From: Moniliella sp. 'wahieum'
Lineage: Eukaryota
Length of the DNA stretch: 64,000 bases
Direction: 5' to 3'
Assembly: GCA_003971905.1 (NCBI GenBank)
Contig: RSEE01000059.1
Location: forward strand, 186,001 to 250,000
The notes beneath the pieces were generated by a model. It searched no databases, had not been told where the DNA came from, and saw only the letters and a list, made by a program, of their open reading frames with translations. Every line of letters begins with the position of its first letter. Position 1 is the first letter of the stretch. A program made the translations under genes and the position numbers. Of this stretch, positions 23,385 through 34,600 are shown piece by piece.

Positions 23385-26300
23385 ATGGCAAGCATCATGA
23401 GCTCTCAGACTCAGGAGTCTTGGTTCAACTCCTCAACCCCTACTTCACCAACTGCCGGAGCAGAAGAGAGCACCACTCCCGTCGGAGTTGACCACGCCTC
23501 CCCGCCGCTGACACCATCGCGTGAATCTACCCCTACACCTCAACCCACCCCCGTGGGCCCCGACAACACCGCGAACGACGTCGCCACCCTCGCCGACCGC
23601 ATTCGCAACATGTTCAAATTGTTTCCCGAACACATCACCCTCAAACAGCTACAGGACACTGGTATCAAGCTTGGGTACAGCGAAAAGACGACCACAGAAG
23701 CCATTGTCATGTTATCATGTGAGAATCCACCCAATGCTAGCAAGAACGAAGGTGCCTTATCGTCAACTCCGGCCGTCGACGACAACCCGTGGGCTTTGAC
23801 TCCCGACAAGCTCCTCCGTAGTGCCACTCGCAGCAACGTGCCGTACCACGAGCGTTTCCACAACAACAGCTCGTTTTGGTTATGGACCCGGATCTTCCTC
23901 CCTCGTATCCAGATTATCCCTGGAGCGCGTGAGCATCTGGAACAGGGCAAGGCCCTGGACGGGTATAACGCAGAACTGGACGCTCACTTGGCCAACATTC
24001 TACTCCCGTGGATAGACTCCGACGTCGTCCAGCAGATCACCGGCGATGGCACGCCGGCTCTAGGGTCTGCATACTATCATGCTCTGCGTGATTTGTACGG
24101 CACCGTTTCAGACACTGAGATCTGTGATATCCTCATAAAGGTTCTCACTCTCAAAATGGGCACCAAGTCGGGCCGCCAATACCTGAATGAGTTCACTGTG
24201 GCGGTAACCCAGTACGAGATGACGTCCAAGTCCAAGCTGGACGAGATTGGTCTAGCACAGATGCTACGGAAAGGCGTTACTGATCAGGGGTGGTTGCACC
24301 TCCATCCATCGTAACAGCAGCTACGCCGAATTGCGCCGAGCAGTGAGCGAACTCAAAGGCTCCAACTACGGCAGTACCTCCAGTTCAAGCCCAGCTCCCT
24401 CCAGTACGGCCCCTTCGGAAGCCACGTCGCACAGCCAAACAAGCAGTACGGTGACAGGCCGCGGACGAGGCCGAGGTGGCAGCGGGTACAGAGGAAGTCA
24501 CCGTGGTGGCCAACGTGGCGGCCACTTTAGCCGGCCGGCTACGACAGCCCAGACCACCTCATCTGCCCATGCAGTAACCCCTATGGCAGCCACTACACCA
24601 CCCAAGCCAGCCAACCTCCCTGCGCAACACGATTCAGGTGCGAGACCATCCGTATTCAATGAACGAAGTGCGTTTATCAATCTTCGTCCACACCGCGAGC
24701 CCATAGCAGTGGCAAACGGACAGATCGCATACACTGAAGGCATTGGCACCATCTCTATGTACATTCAAACCCAGAACGGAGCCCCTATCCGCATCCACCT
24801 ACCCGGCAGCTTGTACTGCCCCACCTTCCCGACCAACCTGCTCAGCGCTTACCATCTATCTATCGCAGGCATTGGCAGCTGGATCCCTCCAGGTGGCCAT
24901 GGTCTCTATCTCGGACGACACGGCGAACCTTTTCGTCTCGCCGCCGACTCAAGCTATTCCCTTACTCTGGCGCCCAATACGACAGCCACAGCCAACAGCG
25001 CCACTTCGCTACTCAACCTTGATGCAACCCTGGTCAAGGTGAAAAACGCCCACATCCGATGGAATCATGCACCTCTAGATCAACTTTCATCCCTCACGTC
25101 GGATGACCCAGCATTCGAACGGGTCAACAGTGGCGACATCGCTTTAGTCCGGTCCTCGTGGCACTGTGCACCATGCGCATTAAGCAGAGCCACTGCCCCA
25201 CCCCACGCCACGACTGGACGCCCAATCCGAACCATTCGCCCTTTCTCTCTCCTCCACCTCGACGTCCTTGACATATCCCGCCAAGGCGGCGGGGTCATAC
25301 TTACGCCCTTATCATTGTCGACGACTTTACGCGGTATACCTGGACGCTACCCCTGGTGTCCAAGGGTGATGCCACAGCCGAACTTCAAGCCTTCATCCGG
25401 CGCGAGCATCGCCAACATCCCGACCGCCCCCTTCAGACGGTCCGCTCTGACAATGCGCCTGAACTCACCACCGCAATGGACGAGTTTTACTGCGAGCTGG
25501 GAGTAGTGAGCGAGCGCACCAATCCTGGCGAAAGTGCGTCCAATGGGGTCGCCGAACGCGCCATAAGATCGATTACGGATCGCGCTCGACTCATGGTAAT
25601 CGCCAACAGATTGACTCCCGACGAGTGGTGGGAACACAGCTTGTTGGCGGCCACATATGCACACAACCAGTCGCCGCCGAAAGCACTGGGTGGGGACAGC
25701 CGATTTGTCCGGTACCATGGCTTCAAACCCTCCCTTCGCATGCGCGGTTTTGGCACTCTTGCCTACCTGCACCTATTGCCCAACCAACGCGAGGGCGGCA
25801 AACTTGGTCCGCGGGCCGTCCCAGCAATGTTGGTGGGTTACGGGCACGGCCGCGGTTCGAAGGGGTGGCTCTTTGCCATCCACCAGGACGACGGCCAAGT
25901 TGGATTCCGTTGGAAAAAGCCGTCCACCTGGACGCATGTCCCGTACACCACCGAATATCCCACGCACTTTCATCTGGACCCCCTTGTCCCTGCTGGTGGC
26001 GGAGAGGTGCGGGGGGGCGGAGAAATGGGTGCTGGTGGGAAGTCAGACAGCTCCCCACCCCGGCGTGTGCGTTTTGCGATAGATGAACTGACCCGCGATA
26101 CTAATGGTAAGAAAGACAATGCCCCCCATGGAAAAAGAAAATTAAAAGAACGAAAAACAGAGGCACATCGCCCGGCTCAAGCCAACGAAAATGAGAATTC
26201 AGAGCCTGGCCCCACTCCCACCAACTCCAACCCCCCACATGTATCCCCCCAACCTGTTGCATCTGACCCCGCAGGCATGGCACAACGCCAGGCAAAGCAA

Positions 26301-28343
26301 GCCGAAGAAAATGAAACTATCACAGAAGATGCCGTTGACACTGGCCACCAAGTCCTGCTTTCCCCTCCCTCTTCCACTTCCCCTTCCTCTCCCGCCCTAT
26401 CCCCCTCCCCTCTCTCCCCCACCGACACGCTCGCCCCCGTGACCGTGCCCCTGACCGATACAGCCGTCCCCGCACTCGTGCGTCGCAATCCCGTTCGCCA
26501 AGCGCGTATCAACGCTCCACCCCTCGACCTGTCCATTCCAGCCAACGACAATTTGCGCGATGGCACCTTTTCCCTGCTCGTCAACAAGGCCCCTAGCATC
26601 TTTGGCAACCCGGCCGCCCTCTCCGCCCTAGGAATGCAGGCTTTGGTGAGTATTTTCGGACCAGCGCCGGACACATCCATGCTACCTGCTTCGGAGCCAA
26701 GCTCGCCCCCCATTGCACTCGCAATCGAATCCGCGGCAAGTGACACCGAGGTCATACTGACCACCGATGGGGTCCCGGTGGCCCCCAAGAACATCAAGAA
26801 GTTGGTGGGTCACCCTGCCTTTGATGGCGTACTCGAGGCAATGCGCCTCGAGCTTCGGCGTTTTGACGAGCGTGACGTGAAGGAAGTTGTACCCATCCCC
26901 CCAGGGATCAAACCCCTTCCCGGCATGTGGGTCATAGGTACTAAGACGGATGCGGATGCTAACTTCCTCAAGTACCGTGCCCGCTACGTTGTGGGAGGGC
27001 ACCGGCAAGTTCCTGGCACATGGGCGAAATCTTTTGCTCCTGCCGTTCGTACTGCTGCCGTCAACACGCTAATTGCGTTGGCCGAAGCTGATGGCCTCCA
27101 CTTATTTTCTGCCGATGTGGAAGCTGCCTACCTCTATGCCGATATCAACGAGCTCGTCTATGTTCGACCACCCCCCTTCTTCCCAGAAGCGCCCGGTCAT
27201 TGCTGGAGACTCAAGAAAAGTCTCTATGGCCTGCACCAGAGCGGGGCCAACTTTGGAGATTGGCTCCGCACTTTCCTTTGCGACCGACTCCACTTCACTA
27301 GCCTAAAATCAGAGCCTTGCCTGTTCATACGTCGCACCGAACCTCTTGGCCTGATCCTAATCGCCGTCCACACTGACGACTTTTTGGTCGCGTGTCGGTC
27401 CCAAGAAGCGTATGATGAATTCTTAGTGGAATTAAGGCGCAGCATCCAAATTAAGTCCAACGGCCCCCTACGTTTCCATCTCGGCTGCCAATACGACCGT
27501 ATCGATGGACGACTGTACATCAGCCAACCCAAATTCATCGCTGAGACGCTTGCCGCGCATGACATATCACCTCACCGGCCCCGCTACCTTCCAATCGGCC
27601 ACCAACTTCCGCCTCCCAAGCGACCCGAACACGAAAAGCGTGCCACTCGAGACGAGCACCGTGCCTACCGTTCTATTGTCGGATCCAGCTTGTGGGCGGC
27701 TCGTATGTCCCGGCCTGATGCCCTCTTTGCGGCTACCTTTTTAGCGCGGTTTATGGACGACCCGTCCGCCGCCCACCGACGCGCAGCGGAGGACCTATTA
27801 CGTTTCTTCGCCGGTACGTCTGACTACTCTTTGTGCCTCACACCCAACCGATCTCGCCCTCTACTCGAGCTGCACACCGATGCCTCCTTTGCATCAGACA
27901 AGAGCAACTCTCACTCCGTTTCGGGCCATGTTGTTTTTGTTTTCGGTGTGCCTGTATCCTGGGGCTCCAAGTCCCAAAATCAAGGTGTGAGCAACACAGC
28001 AGCATCTGAATACCTAGCCATGGGAGATGGCCTTCGAGATGCTCTATTCATTCGCAACATACTGTTTGAACTTGGTGTCTGCAAGGCTAATCACCCGATT
28101 GAGCTCTTTGTTGACAACACCGCTGCCAAAGCGTTGGCCGAAAAGCTCGGCAGCCTAGGCAAAATACGGGAGATTGACGTCTCGTACCACGAGGTGCGGG
28201 AACGCATCCACCGAGGCGAAATTAAAGTCCACTACACTCCAGGTGCACACCATCTCCCTGACTGGTTCACCAAACCTCTTTCTCTTCCCAAGATCATTTC
28301 TGCGCGTAACAATTTCGATTTGGCTTCTCTTTCTTCGCGCTGA
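23385..28343 (+). CDS. Gag-Pol polyprotein of the copia element (breaks near 24300 and 25300 probably sequencing indels)
   Basis: PR HDSGA; IN HIRWNH..CAPC, LLHLDV, VRSDNAPE, SNGVAERAIR, KLGPRA; RT YRARYVVGG, ADVEAAYLYA, LKKSLYGLHQSG, VHTDD; RH HTDASFA, SEY, VDNTAA, DWFTKPL. Confidence 0.93.
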
Positions 28344-28408
28344 TCCCCTTTCTACTTTTCTTTTGTTGATGGCCAACGGGCTTCTTTCGTTCCCTTGGCC
28401 CGGGGGGG

Positions 28409-28625
28409 TGTTGGGACCCGTGGTCCCGTACTTAGGCCAAGGCGCCTCATCACCCTTCACCCCTGATTTGTCCTCCGAAGCCTCCACGTGTATACTCAGG
28501 CTTGTCTGAACCCCTGTCTCTAGGTGTGGCACAAGGCTTAGACCTTAACCACCACCATCGCGATTGCATTGCTCTACATTTCCAGAGGTTCTTCACCCAA
28601 TCCCTTGGGTTCCTCCGGTCTTACA
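28409..28625 (+). repeat. 3' LTR (217 bp)
   Basis: TGTTGGGACCC..GGTCTTACA, preceded by the PPT and followed by the TSD. Confidence 0.97.
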
Positions 28626-28731
28626 GGCACATTTGTTTTCTTCCAATTCCCCTTCCCACCAACACCCCATCTCCTCTATCCACCCCACCGACCGTGCACA
28701 TGACGAACGGCCGCCCGGCCTGCTCACCGTC

Positions 28732-30663
28732 ATGACCAACATCTCCTCTCCTTCTACCTCGCCCATTACGGCACCCCCAGCAGACCTTGCTATACCTGAC
28801 GCTGAGCGCGCCTCCCCAAACTCCAAGACTAAGAAAAGGGTGAACCCCACTGGCTCACCCTCGAGGAGGAGCAGGCTTTGCCCGACAACAACCGTTGGGC
28901 TGTGTTCAGCTCCCTCATGCTTTGCGTCTTCACTGCGGCCCTTGACCAGTCAATTGTTGCCCCTGCCCTTCCCACCATCGCTGCCGATCTGCATGCCAAT
29001 GCCGCGGGCTACTCGTACGTCTCTAGCTCCACAAGATGCCCAGGCAATCTGAAAGCGTGGACGAGCTGACACATCTTTGGCATAGGTGGGTTGGCACAGC
29101 CTATCTCGTAGCTGCTTCGACTCTTAACCCTATGTATGGGCGCTTGAGTGACATGGTGGGGTCGCAAGCCACTCCTGTTCTGTGCAATCGGTCTTTTTCT
29201 CTTGGGTAGTGCTCTATGCGGTTCCGCCCAATCCATCATCTGGCTTTGCTCGGCGCGTGGCGTGCAAGGCCTTGGTGGTGGTGGTATTAGTCCCTTGGCC
29301 AGATCGTATTGGCCGACCTCACTACGCTGCAAGAGCGGGGCAAATGGACGGGGCTCTATGGCTTGGTCTGGGGGTTCGCCAGCGTGATCGGGCCCCTAGC
29401 TGGTGGAGCTTTGACCACCAAGGCCAGTTGGCGTTGGTGCTTTTTCATCAACCTTCCCATCTGTGGTTTGGCAGGTGCCATGCTCTTCTTCTTCTTGAAT
29501 CTCCCCGCTCGTCCCCTCAAGTCGTTCAATGCCGTATTGAAAGAATTTGACTTTATTGGTCTCTTCCTCATCTCGGGTGGGGCAATCCTGTTCCTCGTTG
29601 GTTTTAGCAGTGCTGAAACCGGGACCTGGGGCGAAGGCAACACCATTGGCCCCATCGTCTCGGGCGCCGTCATGATGGTCTCATTTGGATTTTGGAATGC
29701 CAACACAAAGCGGACCCCGATCATTGCGCCCCGCCTGTTCAGACTCCGAACGACCACAGTGCTGCTAGTCATGGTGGCCATGCATGGAATCACCTTTATG
29801 AATGCGACCTACTATCTACCCAACTTTTACCAGGTCGTCAAGGGCGCCAACGCCCTCATGTCGGGGGTGTACGTCTTGCCGTACCTCGTGCTCTCCTCCA
29901 TCGTTTCCGCACTGGCTGGAGTAGCAATCAGCAAAGCTGGCGCGTACCGATTCATGCTCTACTTGGGCTTTGGAATCATGACGCTTGGATTTGGGTTGAT
30001 GTGCATGTTGACCTCGAAGAGCAGCCTTGCCGAGGACCTGATCCTCCTGCCGTTATGGGATTAGGAGTGGGGATGTTGTTCCAAACACCTTCCATTGCGG
30101 CACAGGCGGCCATGCCCGCTGCCGAGGTAGGTTCGACGATTGCCGCCCTGATCTTTGTCCGCCAATTGGCTACTACCATGGGTATCTCGATCGGCGGGAC
30201 GATTCTCAACTCGGACTGGAAACGGCGGGCGGGACAGATCGAAGGGCTGCCTCCGGGGATAGACAAGCTGGTCGTCAGCAACGTGCACATACTGCGTACG
30301 TTGCAGCCACCCGAACTGTCCAAGCGGGCAATCTATGCCTACAGCGAATCGGTCCGGCTGATCTGGATTGTCAACACTCCTCTGTGTGCAGTGGCGTTCT
30401 TGCTCTGCCTCGCGGTCAAGGGATACAGTTTCAAGCGAGCCCCCAACACTGGGGCGCAAGCCGACACCGAGGCCAATGCTGCGGAAGATGCTGCTGAGGA
30501 CACTAAGACGGACGGCTCCGTCCAGGAAAACGCCTCCGACACGCTTCAAAATCCTTGTCCCAAGATGGGGAAAAGGCACAAAAAGACGACAAGATTGGCA
30601 ATGAGACCTCAGAGGAGTCATTTGTCATCCCACAACTCCCGAAACCCACTTCTTAAAGCTTGA
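28732..30663 (+). CDS. MFS drug:H+ antiporter, DHA2 (14-TM) type
   Basis: FTAALDQSIVAPALPTI, GRKP, ARGVQGLGGGG, ADLTTLQERGKW, GPLAGGALT..WRWCFFINLP, YYLPNFYQVVKG; intron near 29015-29086; indels. Confidence 0.9.
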
Positions 30664-31663
30664 TGCTCGGATGAACTTGCACGCTGGAGTGTCTGTTAGC
30701 TTGGCTCACAACATGCGCAGCGTAATCTTCTCAGGAATGATGTCATGGTACCTTCAACACGTATGCTACTCGTGCCCCCCCCCCACTGCCTTCAACACGC
30801 TGCGGTATTTTTGTCAATGCACTCTTCATATTATTCCCTTTAACGTCCTTAACCGATTTAGTGATCCTTCAGTAACTGGAATAGTAACCTGTAAGAGGAG
30901 CTCCTCAAAGCTCACAGTGATTTGATCTCTCTTCAGCACCAGAGAAGTTGTTTCCTGTGGCCCTACAGTTCCTCTCTTTTGATCTCGGGCCTCAACAAGC
31001 CATTCAATCTTCGACACTTCCCACTGTCTAGGTTTGACGTTTGGATTGTTGAGCTGGGATCCTGCGTAGCGTCCGTCGTCACCCATGCCGCCCACTCTTT
31101 CAGCTTGTGTGGGTAGTCAGTCGACTGCTACGGATGGTCACGGATTGGGGAATGGGTCTGATGCATGATGCAGGACTGACGCGTCGGAGTGAAATGTTCG
31201 ATTTGCACGACGCGTCCTCCCGCCACGCGCCACGCACCGACATGGCCACCAGCGAAATTGAAATCATCTAATTAACAGGGTCTCGACGCGCATGCGGCAG
31301 CCACCACCACCACCACCAGGGCAGCCGCCGACCACAACCACCATTCGAACCCAATGGGGACGAGGGTTACGTGCTGACCTCGGACCCCGAGGAGATACTG
31401 GAGGCCGCATTCAGCCTTTCCATTCCTCCCTCCGATGCTGCACTGCCCCCATCTTCCTCGCCTGCTCGTGCACATTCACAAGCCCAGCTGGCCCAGCGCA
31501 TCCGCACACGCTACGCACCCACTTGCCCCGCAGCTTCCTCCTCGCCCCACCAAACCGAGCCACCGCACGCCATCACCGCCCTCGTCTACACCGCAACGCC
31601 TGGGCTGGTCCCCTTCGTGTGCGGGGGACACGACACTTCTCACCCACGGCCGTTGCGTCTTCG

Positions 31664-34600
31664 ATGGATGCAGACCCTAAGACGTCCACCGTCGCGCCTC
31701 GGGCCGCCTCCTTCTTGCCGTCGCCCGGTTCGCCACACATGCGGTCTCTTTACAAACGCAAGGTCCGCTCTGTCTCCCCTCAGATAGGCCGATCCGGATC
31801 TACATCCACCACTACGTCGCCTGCGCACAAGCGCGCTCGTCTGCGGCGGCATAGTTGGGATCACATCCAAATCCACACCTCCCAGCACTTGCCCACACCC
31901 ATGAGCGAGAGCGATGATGACATGGACCTTTTCCGTCCATTTCCTGTCCCCGCATCCAGCTCCGTCATACCCCCTACCCGCCAGAGGGTGCACCCACCCC
32001 AGTCACGGAACGTCCCGGCACCAGCGGATATGGACACTGCATCGCCCGACCCCCTCGCCTTGCTCGCCACTCAACCTGCCGGTCCACAATCGCCAGGGAC
32101 GAGTCATTTAGATGTTCTGTCTCCCACCATGCCTACTCCACCTTCATCTTCTTATGGGCCAACACAGCTGCATTGTACGTCCTTCCGCATCCAAGCAGCT
32201 CTTATTCTGACCGTTTTCCAGATGAGGGCCCTTCTGGTATCGGCACTGAACCGGCCGCTCTGGGTCATGATGCGCATCCTACAACCCCTTCACCCATCCG
32301 CTCCCCAATTCACGACGAACCCAGAGTTCGACTTCTGATCCACCCACCTCCCGCTTCCAGCCCTCCACCTGCGCCTGACCCTCCCCAGCCGCAGCGGAAA
32401 CAGCGCTGGAAACTGACCCGCCTGCAGCCAATGGATCTCCTCCTCACCCTGCAGCTGAACGGAAATGGACGCGGCAACACTGGCTACGCTCGCGGCACCG
32501 TCGCCTCCACACCGCTCTTTTCGCACTCGCAAAGCCGCCCAACTCAACCCGTTCACATACGAACAGCAGGCGTATCAACGCACTCTCTATGCGCGCGACT
32601 GGGAAGACGCAGTCGTCACTACGCGGGAGCAGCGCTGGAGGCCAAACGGCGGCACGCCTCCAGATGGAGGAGGTGCGCCGTGCGGAAGAGGGGGAGGAGT
32701 GGATGGTACCAGACCAAGAGTCTCAGGAACCTCCGGAGGAGATGCTCCCTCTCCCCCGTCCTCCTTCCGCAGAACACCCACCCCCTCACCGTGCTGTCCC
32801 ACATTCGAATGGTAAGCGCAAGAAGAAGCGGACCCAAGCAGGACCAATGCTCAAGGGCGAAACCTACCCCGCCCCAACCGGGAGAAACGGAGGAGGAACG
32901 AATCCGGCGGATCAAGGCGAACCGCGCCAAAATCCTCTCTTGGTTCTCGAGTCCGAGTCGGAGTCAGAGGGTGATATCCGCAGAAAGAGGGCGATGAGGG
33001 TGTCACGACTCACACTCCAGGGGACAATGAAGAAACCCAAAGCCCTCCTCCGACAAGGCGAGCAACGGTTGTTTCAGAGGGCTCTGACGCGAGGGTGGGG
33101 GCGGGTCTGGACCCGGAACTTGAGGCTGAACCTGAGCCGCAGAGAAGGACACAGCACGACGAAATGGAGGCCGAGCTGCGGCACCGCTACCGTCTTCTGA
33201 TCAAGGTGATGCCCAAAGTACAAGCCAGAATCTGCATTAACGATCGCGGCGGATGATGCAGGGCAAGCCGTATCACTCGGATGGCATCGTCTGATTCTCC
33301 ACCCCCGCCCCCCAGAGAAGAAGACCTTCTCCTGAACCGACGACGGGACACCGGTTCCAGGAATTGCTCATCGACGTCGAGCTCGCCAGGAGAGACCCAT
33401 CCCGCTATGAGATTGTGGGCGATTCGGACTCGTCGTCATCGCCAAAACGAGTTGGTCATCAGTTCGACGAAGGAGGGAGCATCCGTTCCGAGGATGAGAT
33501 GCCCACACCGAGGACAAACTCGGCCGAGGGAAGACCTCATTGATCGCATGCTTTCTCGCACTAGGAGGGCCCCAACGACACGTCCCAAGCCTCGTACCCG
33601 TCCTCGCCACCGAAAGGAAGGCACTTCGATTCTCCTTCCTATTGAAGGCCGAGATTCCTCCATTCCAGGGCGACGATTCAGTCGCACCCCTTCCTACTCC
33701 AATACTCAATTTGTGGGTGGGACAGTTTGGGACGATGAAGCAGAGGAGGTGGGGCAGGATGAGCTCAACTGGCGGGAGGGGGAGCTGGGGCGGGAGCCGG
33801 GGAGGGAGAAGGCAACCGATCACGGCATCGGCAGTCGTGGAAGTGGGGGCACGCGGCGCAATGGTCCTCGGCTAACCCAGTCCACCCTCGCGGTCCACCA
33901 CGTACCCCCGCTCGCCACGGGAAAGAAGGGAGGGTCGGGCAACCCCTGGGATACACTTTTCATTTCCCGTCGTCCCACCCACGCAGAACTGCAACGTCCT
34001 CCTGCTCGCCCTTCTTACCATAAGGGTATGGGGGCTAACCCAGACCCCGTCTCACCTCGCCGCATTCGATTGCTGGATGAACGGCTTGACCAAGAACTCT
34101 TCACCGACCCGCGTGGGCGGCGGGAACTGCCAGCCCCTGCCGAAATGCCAATCCCGCCGCCGAACTCACCACTGCGGCCGAGTAGCGCTGGCAGAGCGGA
34201 ACGTCATCTTCCCCCTTTCGTGCTACATCTCTAGTGGAGGAGGCATCGTGCGGTCCAACAGCGGGAAGCCAGGAATGCAAAGACCAGGCCTTCGGCGGTG
34301 CGTCCGCCTTGTAGTAGAAAGGCAACCAGAGCTACAAGATTGGTTCCAAGTGCAACCAGTAGAGGCACCTCCAAAGGCGGCACTGGACGAAGCGGAGCTC
34401 GAGCGGGCAAATCAATGGTCCGGGTTGGTGACCATGCGACCGAGTCTAGGGGTTCCCTTACTTCCCTCGCATGCGCGGGTAGAGGGTTGCTATGTTGCCA
34501 AAGGGCAGTTGCAAAAACTTATCCTTTTCCTGTCGATCTGGACTCTACCATGCGGATGAGGAAGATGAGAACGAGCTAAGTGGAGTTCCTCTCCCTCTCT

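Larger units (their letters stand above)
23063..28625 (+). mobile_element. Full-length Ty1/copia LTR retrotransposon (5563 bp)
   Basis: Two TG..CA LTRs; TSD GGCAC at 23058-23062 and 28626-28630; PBS from 23279; G7 PPT at 28402-28408; domain order Gag-PR-IN-RT-RH. Confidence 0.97.

Noticed and set aside
24290..24335. Gag stop TAA-CAG-CAG-CTA as programmed readthrough or frameshift
   Set aside because: The downstream ORF is in another frame that is already open upstream of the stop, there is no CARYYA or slippery heptamer, and indel errors are common throughout the window.
28700..28735. Short uORF overlapping the MFS start (ATGA)
   Set aside because: Could be an in-frame extension broken by an indel; cannot be decided without polished sequence.
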